DNA of 64,000 nt from Lytechinus pictus. Its lineage: Eukaryota. Positions 13,876-27,300 of the stretch are shown one piece after another. The DNA is taken from contig NC_087249.1 in the NCBI RefSeq assembly GCF_037042905.1, forward strand, positions 8,744,001-8,808,000, in the 5' to 3' direction. The notes beneath the pieces are model-generated. The model saw only the letters and a list, made by a program, of their open reading frames with translations, was not told the origin of the DNA and did no database searches. Numbering within the stretch: position 1 is the stretch's first letter; the number at the start of each line of letters is the position of its first letter. The position numbers were made by a program, and so were the translations under genes.

Positions 13876-14225
13876 ATGTTGCGCCCCCGGTCGAAATGAA
13901 TTTGCATGAAGCCCCTAAGTTCAAGTTAAATTTCGCGCCCTCGGTTGAACATAAACTTGGCGCCCCCATGTGAAATATAACTTTGCCCTCCCCCCCCCCC
14001 CCCACCTCTGAAACATGTATTTGTCGCATTATGGTCAAAATTCAAATTAGCGCTCCTTTAGTTCGAACATCAATTTGGTGCCCCGCTATATCGAACATCA
14101 ATTCGGCGCTCCCATAGTTCGAACATCAATTTGGCGCCCCCCCCTCCCAGTTCAAACATCAGTTCGGCGCCCCATAGATCGAACGTCATTGTGGCGCCGC
14201 CTATAGTTCGAACATCAAATCGACG
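13876..14225. repeat. ~27-bp degenerate tandem repeat (gcgcccccatagttcgaacatcaattt)
   Basis: Seen directly. Confidence 0.7.
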
Positions 14226-14237
14226 TCCGGGTCAACA

Positions 14238-14905
14238 TCTCCCTCTTTCGTTTCCCATCTCCTATTCTTTCTTTTTTTTTTCTTTCTCTTATCCTCATTC
14301 CCCTTCCTTTCTCTTTCTTTCTCTCTTTCTTTCCCCCTCTTCCTCTCCCCTTTTCCTCCTCTCTTCTTTTTTTTCCTCCTCTCTCTCTCTTTTTCTTCTC
14401 TTTATTTTCCCCTTTTCTTCTTTTCTTTCTTGTCTTCATTTCCCCCTTTTCTTCTCTTTTTTCCCCATCTTTTCTTTCCCCCTTTTTTCTCTTTTTTCCC
14501 GTCTTTTCTTTCTCTATTTTCCTCTCACTTTTTTCTTCTCTTCCTCCCCCCTTACTCTCTCTTTTTCTTCTCTTCTTTTCCCCTCTTCCTCCCTCTCTCT
14601 TTTTCTTATCTTTCTTCCCATCTTCCTCTCTATTTAAATATTCTTCTCTTCCTTCCTCTTTTTCTTCTTCTTCTTTTTCCTCCTTTTCCTTTCTCCTTTC
14701 TTTTCTTCTCTTCCTTTTCCCTCCTCTCTTTTTTTCTCTTCTTTCCCCCTTTTCTTCTCCCTTTTTCTTTGTCTTTCCTTTCCGCCTTTTCCTTCTCTTT
14801 TTTTTCTTCTCTCCCTCTCCTTCCCCCCTCTTACTCTCTTTTCTATTCTCTTCTTGTCCCATCTTCCTCTCTCTCTTTTTATTCTCTTCCCCCCTCTTTT
14901 TTTTT
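14238..14905. repeat. polypyrimidine (CT-rich) low-complexity tract
   Basis: Almost purely C/T over ~670 bp. Confidence 0.9.
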
Positions 14906-15261
14906 AGCTGGGGGGTGAGGCAGTTCCCCCTCGGCCCCCCATGGATCCGCACCTGATAGAACCCATGGTCTCGTATCATTTGACCTTTGGACCTCTCGAT
15001 GACATTTGATATATCTTATCATTTTTACACACACTGCGGACTATCGGACCCGCGGTCTATCGGACCCGCGGACTATCGGACCCGCGGTCTATCGGGATGT
15101 CCGCGCTCCGCGTCCTATGGTCTGCTTTGCCAGTGTGACTGCGGCATTTAGACCCAACTGTTTTGAAAAAAAAAGCTTGCAACGTAGATTTCTGGCCAAT
15201 GTGATTTATACTTAAGTAGGTGACACGACATACGCTCCTGCAACATTGATTTTGCTCAGGT

Positions 15262-15415
15262 CAGTGGCGTAACTACGGGGGGGGGGGGGGACGTCCTTAA
15301 AATGTCTCTTTTAGGTCAGTATTCTTGGCAATTGAGCGCGCTTCGCGAGCCCACTAAGTTACTCAAATTCAGTTTGCAGGTGCTCCGCAATACCGTGACC
15401 CAATGTATGCCACTG
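15262..15415. mobile_element. 154-bp hAT-like MITE, CAGTGGCGTA...TATGCCACTG, with 8-bp TSD gctcaggt
   Basis: TSD at 15254-15261 and 15416-15423. Confidence 0.8.
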
Positions 15416-16299
15416 GCTCAGGTCATAGGGTTAGAGTTAGCATTGTAATCGAGTTTTTGGTTCAGAATAATGTAAAGATAAGGATTATGGAGTATTCAGT
15501 TTTGGAGGTTAGTTTTATGTTTGGCTTGACGTGCAGATTTTCCATTAGAGCAGTTTTCGCCGGAGTATTTGTCGCCGGAGCAAATGTCATGGAACCCTTA
15601 TTGTCTAACGATACCGTTTTAAGAATTAAATATTCATTTTAGAGTACTTTACGGCTGGAATGGGATGTTTGACAACATTTATGTATACTCATCATATATT
15701 ACGGTACGATTTCTTTTTAAGTTCACTGTCCTGCATGGGGGAAGCAACTGTCTGTGACATTACATTATTACACCTTACGGATTTGAAGGATTAGAACCAT
15801 CACATATTTTCGTAGATAGAAAAGTCCACAGAAAATTATTTACTCTTTCTGAACCTATCTTTTTAATTCGTAATTTTCTTGAGATAATCAATAAAGTCAG
15901 CTATTTTGAAATACAGAGCGCCCTCAATCATTTTGTCGTTTATCTTCTGTTTCCTCTGTCAGTTGTGACTATTATTATCTCACACAGAATAATCAATAAA
16001 TATTCTGTTTAACATTTTGAAGAACATCAAAACACGGAATGTCCATGTTTTTATTAACTCATAACTACAATTACCTGTTGACAGGATACGAAACTTGCAA
16101 TTCTGAATCATTTATATTATTAAAAATCATTCGGTAAAAAAAAAAATGAATGTGTAATGTACGTCCGCATGTACAGAGAAAGTTTGTTACGAAATTAAAG
16201 AATCGCCTGCATGCCTAATCCATTAAACGCTACGAAATGGGGGGGGGGGGTGGGGGGTCGACGCGGCTACATTTTACTGTCCCGGGAATAGTTAAAAGG

Positions 16300-16860
16300 G
16301 TAAAAAATGTTAAAGGTTAAAATAGTCAAAATCAGACAAGGAATAACAAAGACGTTTATGATATTTTAAAGTTTTGCATTAGTTTGGGGAAATAGCTCTG
16401 CATGAATATTAATGAATGTGGAATGAGCACGCCGATGATGTCATATTCCTATCATATTGTATTATGATAAAATTAAAAAGTATAATTTATTCAAATTTTC
16501 TCCACCATCGATACAAAAAAATGGATTGACAACTGATTAATGCACAAAATATTTATCGCTGCAACTTATGTTGTTACAATAGAGACATATCATATACACA
16601 TGTATAAACAAAATAAATAGAGCTTAAAGGAAATTGGGGACATGACATCATCAGCCCTCTTAACATGCCTAATGAATATTCATAACGGCGTGCAACTGTT
16701 TCCACAAAATATTGCTAAACTTCCAATGAGTAATAAAACTCGATAACTTTGTTTTTTTTCTTCAGATTTTGATTTAAATTATCGTTTTCGGCATTTTGCT
16801 CAGTGAATTCTACTCTATTTATTAAGCTATAAATACTTTCATCCCGGACCATCCCTTTAA
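16300..16860. mobile_element. degenerate copy of the TTAAAGG MITE family
   Basis: Right end ccggaccatccctttaa matches that of the 5612-6196 copy; left boundary approximate. Confidence 0.6.
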
Positions 16861-17174
16861 GTAACTAACTCGGAAACGACCTGGCGCAGATAATCTACTA
16901 GATTGAAGAGCGCCAACTAAACTCCAACACCAATTAAGCGTTATTGTGAAAAGGTATATGCACGTCGTCATGAATATTCATTAGGTGGGCTGATGATATC
17001 ACATCCCCACTTTCCTTCTTCTTATGTTATTTTTTTGCAATCATAATTATTCATGACATTTACTTCTGCGCCAATTGCTCCGGACTTAATTTCGTCTAAG
17101 TAGTCTTTAACGAAAATAATCCCAGAGCATTTGTCGCAGGATCTAATGTCGTGCCACCATTATTTTCGGTATAC

Positions 17175-17770
17175 TTCCAATTGGTCTAATGCCAATTCGT
17201 CTAATTACCAACTCGTTTACTATCATTTTAGATCTAGATTTAGATTTATTTATTTCCGTTTAACAAAATTTTCAACATATAATCAAAGAAACAACATATA
17301 TTCAATATAATACAGACAGTTCAATGACATTTCATAACAAATATTGAAGATAAATTAAACAAAACTAAAGTGAGTTCCAATTATTTTAAAAAGAATATGG
17401 AAATGAAGAAAAGCAAAGCTTGTATAAAATGCAAGTCCCTAAACTTAGTTTCAATACTAATTCTAACATCAGTTCGTCTACTGTCATTTCGTCCACTCAC
17501 CATTTCGTCTAATAACCAGTTGGTCCAAAAGCCAATTTTAGTCCATATACAATTTGGACTATATTTTGATGAAATGAATTTTAAAACAAGTTAGGAGACG
17601 AAATGGTCACAGACGAACTGGTGATTAGACGAAGTGATTGGACCGGATGGTTATTGGACCAAATGCCTGGCCCCTGTTTAATAGACGAAATGTGGATGGA
17701 CGGAACGGCATTAGACTATACTAGACCATTTGCAGATTGTATGAGTTGGCAATAGACGAATCGGCAGTTT
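17175..17770. mobile_element. palindromic repeat of cgtcta/ggtcta subunits, interrupted by an AT-rich insertion
   Basis: Same family as 23322-23736; arms ccaactcgt / tgagttggcaatagacgaa. Confidence 0.6.
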
Positions 17771-17781
17771 ACTTTATTTTC

Positions 17782-17893
17782 AGGGTCCCGTGACACAAAG
17801 GTTAACGATTGATCGTACACTTGATTTTCAAGACCGATTGTACAATGTAGAATCAATCGTAGAAAAATGTATAAGTTTTGTGTTACGGGCCCC
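17782..17893. mobile_element. short MITE (cccgtgacacaaa...tttgtgttacggg)
   Basis: Inverted ends; a homologous copy lies at ~48548-48673. Confidence 0.65.
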
Positions 17894-17894
17894 A

Positions 17895-18171
17895 GCTCGA
17901 TGTTTTCAGCTGGCGCCCTGGAGGTGTGTCCTCATACTCGAAGCTGATTGGCTTAGCATGACGAGCCCATAACTTAATTTTTGCGATGAGCTACGTGCAT
18001 TATTATGCGCCGCGAGTCGAGTTTGCATCAATACAATTGTCCTTCACGCGACATTCATGCGTATGTGGCGTAGTGGCAATGAATGCCAATGCTGGCTGCT
18101 ATCTGACGTTAGATTTCTAGACTATAGATTTATCTCAATTTACTTCGAGTTTTAAAGTAATCTTCGTCATC
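17895..18171 (+). promoter_or_regulatory. putative FBPase proximal promoter / 5' UTR
   Basis: CpG-richer non-repeat stretch directly before the ATG, with an inverted CCAAT box (gctgATTGGc, 17947-17951). The transcription start cannot be determined. Confidence 0.4.
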
Positions 18172-18341
18172 ATGTCTTCCCAAGGAGTGCAGACTGATTT
18201 TGTGACGTTGACAAGTTTTGTTCTTGCCGAGCAAAGACGTTTTCCCGAAGCAACTGGGGAGCTCACGACACTGCTTAATTCACTGCTCACTGCCGTCAAA
18301 GCCATTTCATCAGCAGTAAGAAAGGCTGGCATTTCACGCCT
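18172..18341 (+). CDS. FBP1: FBPase exon 1
   Basis: [56 protein letters not shown]; donor gtgagt, phase 2. Confidence 0.93.
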
Positions 18342-21300
18342 GTGAGTACACGCAATTGACTGTTAGTATTTACATACATGTATAAAAACTATAATGGTGG
18401 GCCCCAAGTCTGCGCACCTAACAATTTGAGTTAAGATTTAACATGAATTTCTTCTTATTTCACAAAATCTTTCAGTTAATAATGTTCCTTATATTATTAT
18501 GAGTAAGTGTACCAAATTTTTCATTGAAAAATGAAAGAAAATGTAGGATTTTCTTGAAAAAACCTCGGGCAGTCATTTTCAGATTGAAAAAAAAATGGTA
18601 CCCCATGTCTGCGCACTCATTGACTTTGCACACGATTCAGGGATTTTGATGAGAAAGGCTGCATTTTGAGGCCGTCACATGAAATGCCCTAAATTCATAA
18701 TTTTTTCCACTATTTTGAGTCAAAATTTTTTACGAATACCTGTCGTATGTATTGCATGTGTAAAGTCTGTGTTCGTTGCGTATCTTCTTTTAATAGAATC
18801 GCGCAGATACGCGAGTGCGCAGACAAGGGGGACTGCGCAGACTTGGAAGAACTTGCCATACAGTGAGACCACCTCTTTTGAAACCGACCACCTTGCGTGC
18901 ATTAAAATTATTGCGTTTTACAAACGATACGCGCGGGAGAGTAGGCGCAGTGTCCATAGGAACGGTAAGAATCGATTTTACGAGAGAAAAAGGTAAAAAT
19001 TTAGTAGAATTTATCAAAATTGTTTTGACTAGGCCCGAACTCCGCCGAAAAACAGTTGTTCATACCAAGAAATGGAACTGATTTGGAAGAGTAAAAATAT
19101 TTCGCCACCGAGACAAGAATCGGCCGTAAACTTAGTGTATCGCGGGTGGTCGGTTTCAAAAGAAGGGTGCAAATGAGCAAATGTAAAATCGTCGTATTCG
19201 TTGTTCGCCAATATATGCGCAAATTGAATCGGAGTCGCCGATCGAAACATGGGAATCTAATCTGCTCAATTTTCTGCACAAATGAGACGAAAACTAGGTA
19301 AAACTGATAAATATTTTCGCAAATAAGATGCTTAGAAAGTTAGGTGGTCGATAGGGGGTAGTTCCAACCATACATGATCTTTAGGCATGAGTGTGATGGG
19401 ACAAGTTGAAAGGATGATATTCTGCTCTATTCTGTATTCAACTCAGCTACGCCTCGTCTAGACAGCTGGCAGCCATCTGTTTCGAGGAGTTAAATTTTTT
19501 TTTTCTCCTCGTACACAGACGGCTCACTATCGTGCAGCCACCATTGGCATTAGGCCTTTTAGGGGGTTAACAATGCAAAATCCCCCCGACGGGGCTCATC
19601 GATTTTTGTCTTTATTTCATAAAAATATATAAAAAGAACTGTACCAACTTAAAGATTATTATTCCGTTTTGGCCTGAAATGCATCAAAACAGGAAAAAAT
19701 AAACATAAAAGGGGAAAAACAGTGACTTACTTCGGCTGTCGCGCAACTCCCACTTCTCAGGTTGATCCGAACTTAATACATAAACATATGGCCATTGAGT
19801 CCCCTGTACGGATCGAGCTAGAACTTCGGTCTCTGTACAGTTGGTGAGTGGAGCCAACGGAGTTCAGCGGAACAACCAACATAACAGAGACCGAAGCTTT
19901 TGGTCTACACGTCGTCATGCTTGTAGTTGAAGAGGATGCCTCTTTCTAGTTTCTTTTAATAGTTTCAACAAATGTGATATTTTGACCATATGATTGGCAT
20001 TGCACAAGTAAGAATTATTGCTATTTGTGTTGTGTTATTAATAACTATGCCTCTGAAGTTAATGAAAATGCGAACAATTTTATAGACCCTCAGGTCTACG
20101 CCTATGTACATTCAGTTTCTTACATACATGTATCATGACCTGAACATATTTTTTCAAGAAAATTATTGATAATGAAAACCATTCATTCCACAAGGAGTAG
20201 ATCTAACGGACAAAATAATTGTTGGATAGATCTAGTTTGAATAGAGGTAGCCTATATATTCTTCGTGCTCCATTGTTATGCAATCTTTTAACACTGAATT
20301 CTCCCTTTACTCAGGTACGGTATCCAAGGTTCGGTGAACACGACAGGAGATGAACAGAAGAAGCTGGACGTGATCTCAAACGATCTCTTCATCAACGCTC
20401 TGAAGGGATCTTACACAACATGTGCCCTCATCTCGGAGGAGAACGAAAACATGATCGAGGTGGAGACGGAGAAGCAGGGGAAGTATATCGTGGCTTTCGA
20501 CCCCTTGGACGGCTCGTCAAACATTGATTGTCTCGTCTCAATCGGTTCCATCTTTGGTATTTGGAAGAAGGTTTGTATATGAGTCTCTTCTTTGGGATGA
20601 AACTTGTGTCGTTCGTTACTTGTTTACATCTAGACCTTGGATCCATGACATTTGCTCCGGCGGCAATCGCTCTCTTCTAAATTCCAAACACTAATCAAAT
20701 TACCAACTTCGAGTTCAACCCTGGGTTTAACACTGTACCCTACCCTAAACATAACATAAAGGGCTATTGCAACCTTAACCCAACATTTTAGACGAAATTA
20801 AGCCTGGAGCAATTGTCAGAGGAACAAACGTGTCGCCACCTTGGACATATATGACTGTATAAGCCACAGACTAACCAGTGCTTGACATTAGCAGTGGCCC
20901 GGTGACCTTGGGCAACCAGAAATGGGAGTCGGGCCCCAAAAGTCTGTACAAGTCCACTGTTAGTGTCACGGTTTGGCTACCAAAGTTTTGATAAATTGTA
21001 ATGATTTCTATTGTTTTAGGGCCACCAAATTTGCTTTGTGGGCCACCAAAAATATAAAATTTATGATATTGGTAGATTGATCGGGCCATCAAGAAAAAAA
21101 GTTAGTGTGGAGCCTTAAACTAACTGTGCGCTAAAATTATGGAAAGTCAATGTCACAATGATGTTGAAATTCATACTTAAATTGTATTTTTGTCTCACCT
21201 GCATAGCAGAGTGAGACTATAGGCGCTGCTTTTCCGACGGCGGCGGCGGCGTCAACACCAAATCTTAACCGAAGGTTAAGTTTTTGAAATGACAGCATAA

Positions 21301-24300
21301 CTTAGAAAGTATATGGACCTAGTTCATGAAACTTGGCCATAAGGTTAATCAAGTATTACTGAACATCCTGCCCGAGTTTCATGTCACATGACCATGGTCA
21401 AAGGTCATTTAGGGTCAATGAACTTTGGCCAAATTGGGGGTATCTGTTGAATTACCATCATAACTTTGAAAGTTTATGGATCTGATTCATGAAACTTGGA
21501 CATAATAGTAATCAAGTATCACTGAACATCCTGTGCAAGTTTCAGGTCACATGATTAAGGTCAACGGTCATTTAGGGTCAATGAACTTTGGCCAAATTGG
21601 GGGTATCTGTTGAATTACCATCATAACCATCATAACTTTGAAAGTTTATGGATCTGATTCATGAAACTTAGACATAATAGTAATCAAGTATCACTGAACA
21701 TCCTGTGCAAGTTTCAGGTCACATCATTAAGGTCAACGGTCATTTAGGGTCAATGAACTTTGGCCAAATTGGGGGTATTTGTTGAATTACCATCATAACT
21801 TTGAAAGTATATTGGTCTAGTTCATAAAACTTGGACATAGAGTAATCAAGTATCACTGAACATCCTGTGTGCATTTCAGGTCACATGACCAAGGTCAAAG
21901 GTCAATGAACTTTGGCCGTAATGGGGGTATCTGTTGAATTACCTTCATAACTTTGAAAGTTTATGGATCTGACTCATGAAACTTGGACATAAGAGTAATC
22001 AAGTATCACTGAACATCCTGTGCGAGTTTCAGGTCACATAACCAAGGTCATTGAACTTTGGCCATTTTAGAGGTAATTATTAGATTGCTGTCATAACTTT
22101 CAAAGTTTATAGATATAGTGTATAAAATGTGGATATAGGGGTAATCAAGTATCACTGACAAGTTTTATGTCACATGATCAAGGTCCAATGTCAATGAACG
22201 TAGTACTGTATCATTATATGAATGGTGTTTTTTGTGAATAATTATTTAAATGGTGTTTTTCAAAGTCAGCACTGCTGCTATATTGAATCGCGTGATGCAG
22301 GTGAGACCGCCAGAGGCATTCCACTTGTTATCATTATGTTTACTGTGTTCTTTCCCCATGCTTTAATGGTGTAGGGAACTATTCTATTTATAGTTAATGA
22401 TAATTATTGAGATTGAAATTAACCCGAGTTCATAATACAGACTATTGTCATTTTTTCTTTTCTCATACTTTATGACCAATCTTAGCACCATCTTTTGGTG
22501 AATCCACATTAAATATTTTCATATGTGGCATGTCAAAAGTACACTGTATATTCTCCAAGTTCAATTTTATGTTACCATACTTTCTCATGAAGTCAAAGTT
22601 ACCGGCTTCTAAGTCTTGAGGAGAAACTTGTGTATCTTTGTATCATCCCATTTGGATTATTGTAATGCTTTACTTGCTGGTTTACCTCAATCTAGTATAT
22701 CCCCCCTTCAAAGAATTCAAAATACTGCAGCTAGACTGGTAACCCTCACAAAGAAATTTGAACATATCACCCCTATTCTCTACTCCCTCCATTGGCTTCA
22801 GGTTCAAAATAGAATTATTTTCAAGCTCCTTCTCCTTGTCTATAAAATCATCCATGGTCTCGCCCCATCCTACCTTCAAAATCTTATCTCTCTTTGTCCC
22901 TCATCCTCTGCAACTCAACGTCTCCGATCTTCTTCTACTGCTCACCTTCGACTTTCTCTAGGACCCCGCACTTTTACCCGTTACGGCGATCGTGCCTTTT
23001 CTGCTCTTGCCCCTAAACTCTGGAACAATCTCCCCATCTCCATCCGTAATGCATCCACTGTCGAATCTTTCAAAACACTCCTCAAATCTTACCTCATTAA
23101 GCAGTCCTCTTAATTCCTTATCCTGTTCTCTCTCACTGTATTTTGTTACTTCTTTTTTTTTCTCTCTTTCCAATGCGCTTAGAAACTGTTGTATTAAGCG
23201 CTATATAAATGTTAATTATTATTATTATTATTATTATCTTTGCTCAGCCTTAACCCAAACTTGTTTTAGGGTCAAATGTGACTGCTAAAACAAGCACATA
23301 CTTTTAAAACCTGCTGTATATGGTTTATTTCCAATTTGTCTAATGCCAATTCATCCAATTGCCAACTCGTCTACTACCATTTGGTCTATCATCAGTTTGT
23401 CTACTCGCCACATGGTCTTCTTTCATTTAGTCTAATGCCATTCCGTCTAATAACCAGTTGGTCCAATAGCCATTTAGTCCATATACCATTTGGTCTAATT
23501 AAACTAAAGTGTTAATTGTGCAAAATGAATGAAAAGAAAATGGGTATTAGACCAACTGGTTATTAGATGAAATGGTATAGACGAAATGGTGATTAGACAA
23601 AGTGATGATTGGACCAAATGGTTATTGAACCAAATGGTTGTTACACGAAATGTTGATGGACAGAATGGCTTTAGACTAAATGAAGGTAGACCATGTGGTG
23701 AGTGGACGAGTTGGCAGTGGCCAAATTGGAAATTTACCCTGTATATTGGGGGAAGCACATTTTTTAAAGGAAAATCCTTTCTTTGGTTTCGTTCATCAGA
23801 AAATGTCTCTACCCCCTTACTTGTGAAATCCTAGATTCAACTCCGCCAGGGTAGACCTCAAAATACATGTAATCTGATATGAAAAGCTGAAATATGAGAA
23901 CACAAAGCCAAAAGCAAAAAAAATTATATATTATGTTCATGATAACAGGAAATTGTCATTTTGCATGTTCAACCAAGGGGAATCCACTTTCCTTGGTTCA
24001 ACTTTAAGAATAGATTGATCTCTTGAATTGTTTTGTTTAGTGAATTGGGGCATGTTGCATATGGAGTTGCGATTAGATACAACTAAAAATCAAGCACAAG
24101 TATCTGGTTCACATATTTCATTGGTTGAAATTCAAGTCACGTTCGATTCTATTCTTTCTGCAACAAGTCCTTAAACCAATAACTAAATTCACATACCATC
24201 CTTCTTAGATCTTTATATAATGTGTGCCACAAGACTGTAAAAGTTTAGCTTTGCCTAGGATATCACTTGTTTTGATGAACAGTTCATGTGATGTCTGTGG

Positions 24301-27300
24301 ACAGAGCCAAAACATGGAAATTCAATTTAGCATGTAAAGAGGAAAAACAGAAAAATAATACACCAAAGTGGCAAAGCCTTAACTTATATGTAGTTCCTGG
24401 CTACATCATGATAATGAAAACAACATCTCTTTAAAAATGTGGTTATTCATATTGTTTTACAATATCAGTTGAAAAATAAGAATGTTATGCAATTTTTTTT
24501 TTATTTCCACAGGGTAGCCCTTTCAGTTGGCAAACTGAGTTACAACTTGGGGGCCCTGCAAAACAATGAAATCAACACAAGTTTGATATTACACGTATGC
24601 AAAAAATCTGAAATAGAATGAAAATATTACATACTATAACAAATATGCAATATGGAAAAGAGTTCTAAAAAGAAAAAAAGAAGCTCTAAAGAATTACAAA
24701 ACGTACAAAATAATCAAGATTACAAAAAATTAAGGACTAAGACAATTGACGGAAGCAAATATTTGGCACTTAGATTTAAATGATTAGAATGATGTGGCGT
24801 TTCTAACAAAAAAGAGGGAGCTTGTTTCATGTGCAATACAAGTATGCACAAATTCTTTGATTTATTTGATGGTAAAATGGTTAAATGATTTTTGTCATCA
24901 ATTCATCAATATATTTCCGCAACATTGTTTCTTTACAGACAAGTGAGGGCGCTGTGACAGAGAAGGATTATCTTCAACCTGGCCGACAAATGGTTGCTGC
25001 TGGCTATGCCTTGTACGGTAGCGCCACCATGGTTGTACTCAGTACGGGAAATGGCGTCAACGGATTCCAGCTGGATCCCGTAAGAAATGCCTCGCCTCTG
25101 AATTACGTTATTTTGAAAACGTCATTTATAACAACACTCTTGATTTACCAGATGAGATACGGTTCTGTGAAGTTTATGTTTATTATTGATGACAGCGGCA
25201 TGTTTAAACTACTAAACTTTTTTTGTTATTGTTATTAGTATTAGTTTATTCAGGAAAAATAAAAATTATATTTTCATGAATTACATTTTTCAATTACAAT
25301 AACATTCCTTTTAAAAATTACAATTACTCAAAAAATGTATTTAATTATATAATTGAACAATTACATGCACCTTGTAATTGAGCTCAAACCTGATGGCTAA
25401 AAAAACAAGAAACAAAATACAGTTGTAGCATATTGAATTGTGGTACCTGTGAGGTGTTTCATAAAGCTGTTTGTAAGTTAAGAACGACTGGTGATCCTTT
25501 CTTGTGCGCTAAGCAATCGCCAATAAACATTTTGGTGTATACCATTTACCACAAGAAAGGATCACCAGTCGTTCTTAAAAGTCGTTCATAACTTACGAAC
25601 AGCTTTATGAAAGGGCCCCTGGAAGGTTAACTGGCAGTCTATGTATGTTGTATTTGTAGGCGATTGGAGAATTTGTGTTGACAGATCGTGACATGAAGAT
25701 CAAACCAAGAGGAAAGATTTTCAGTATCAATGAAGGATACGCCATGTACTGGGACGAAAGCATCAAAGAATACGTCAAGTCAAAGAAATTCCCTGAGGTG
25801 AGTCTTCAAAAAGTCTTTTGCACAAACTATCGTTAATGTGATATTTACCCCAAATATGAAACCTTTCCATGTTTTCCTATTTGTATTTGAAACTTGAAAA
25901 TGTGATGAAAGATTACTTAGTATTTTTCTGGGTATATGGTATTCTTCTTAAAAATTCTGGATGCATTTTCTTAAGAAAGGTGGATAAATGAATAAAGATT
26001 GAAAACATTCAGTATTATGACAGTTTTTATTGTTTATTCATTTATTCATCTTTCGTTATGATGCATTTAATGTTGTTGGTATGATAATAGGATATTACCC
26101 AGTCACTAGATTAGAAAGACTCTAGTAGAAGTACAACATACTGTACATATATAATATTTGTAATATTTTATCTCTAATATATTGTATTAAATGTGATCTA
26201 AATGTTTACCTGCCAGAAGATTAATTGCAGGTTTGAAAAAAAATCATTATACTGTAATAAAAATGATGAGGTACATGTAAACTCAATTAGAAATGTATAT
26301 CCATATATTCGTATGAGTGGTTCTTATCTTTCTCAATTTAAGTCGATCAAATGTAAATGCATTTTGCTTGATTTCTGAATACATGTACCGTATTTGAGAT
26401 TAACTGTGCCTTGTAGTACAGTGCTTAATTTTTTCCATATGACATTTTGAATTTGCTGGTTTCACTGTTTTTTAATGTAGGATGGCAAGGCTCCGTACGG
26501 TGCTCGATACATTGGATCTATGGTAGCCGACATGCACAGAACGCTTAAATATGGAGGCATCTTCATGTACCCCGCCCACAAGAAGAGTCCCAAGGGAAAG
26601 GTAATTAGTCTGTAGGATTTATGGACCTTATGCATATGATGTCATAATGTCATAGCGCCCTCCCTCAGAGGATATAGGAATATGAGTCAACAGAGTTGTC
26701 AGAGATGTGCCGACTGCAGATCACCAACGCATACAAGGCAGCATGATGACTGATGACGTCTTGTAGAGGACCTCGAGGAGAGGGGGGTCCTTCCAATTAT
26801 ACATTACACAGGGTTTTGTTGCCTTAATAGGTCACTATTTTACAAGAAAATCCCTTAAACAAGGGTCCATTTTCTCCTTTAAAAAAATTCATACATTGGT
26901 TTGCATGTTTTTAATCAATAAACAGTTGATTTTCCAAATCTTGTATGTCATGTATTTTGGGGGGTTTGAGGAAAGAAATATCAAATCCGATGAAGAAAAA
27001 AATTCTAGTTTTTAACGACTAGTCCCTTGATACCAGTCTGTATATTATGAGAAACATGGCAGCAATGTATTGCTTGAGGTTTGACGAAAGAAATATCTGA
27101 AATGCAGTAGAAAAGGGTTAAGATCTTAAGACAAACCCCTAAACATGGGTCTTTGTTTTATGAGATATCCCTAAACACAGGAACCATGTTTGCCCCTAAA
27201 TGTGATAATAAATGGGTTCAATGTCCAGGCCTCACACCCCTGTAAAAGAAAATTCTCTTTTGAATTATTCCATTTTTATAATATGTACTATAAAGAAAAA

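Larger units (their letters stand above)
9969..15110. mobile_element. Foldback-like composite element: ~150-200 bp inverted arms with 16-bp tandem subrepeats, flanked by a cgtcctatgg direct repeat
   Basis: ~9972-10172 is the reverse complement of ~14956-15100; direct repeat at 9959-9968 and 15111-15120. Confidence 0.7.

Noticed and set aside
14131..14979. 162-254 aa ORFs rich in F/S/L or K/R/E
   Set aside because: They are translations of a CT/GA low-complexity tract.
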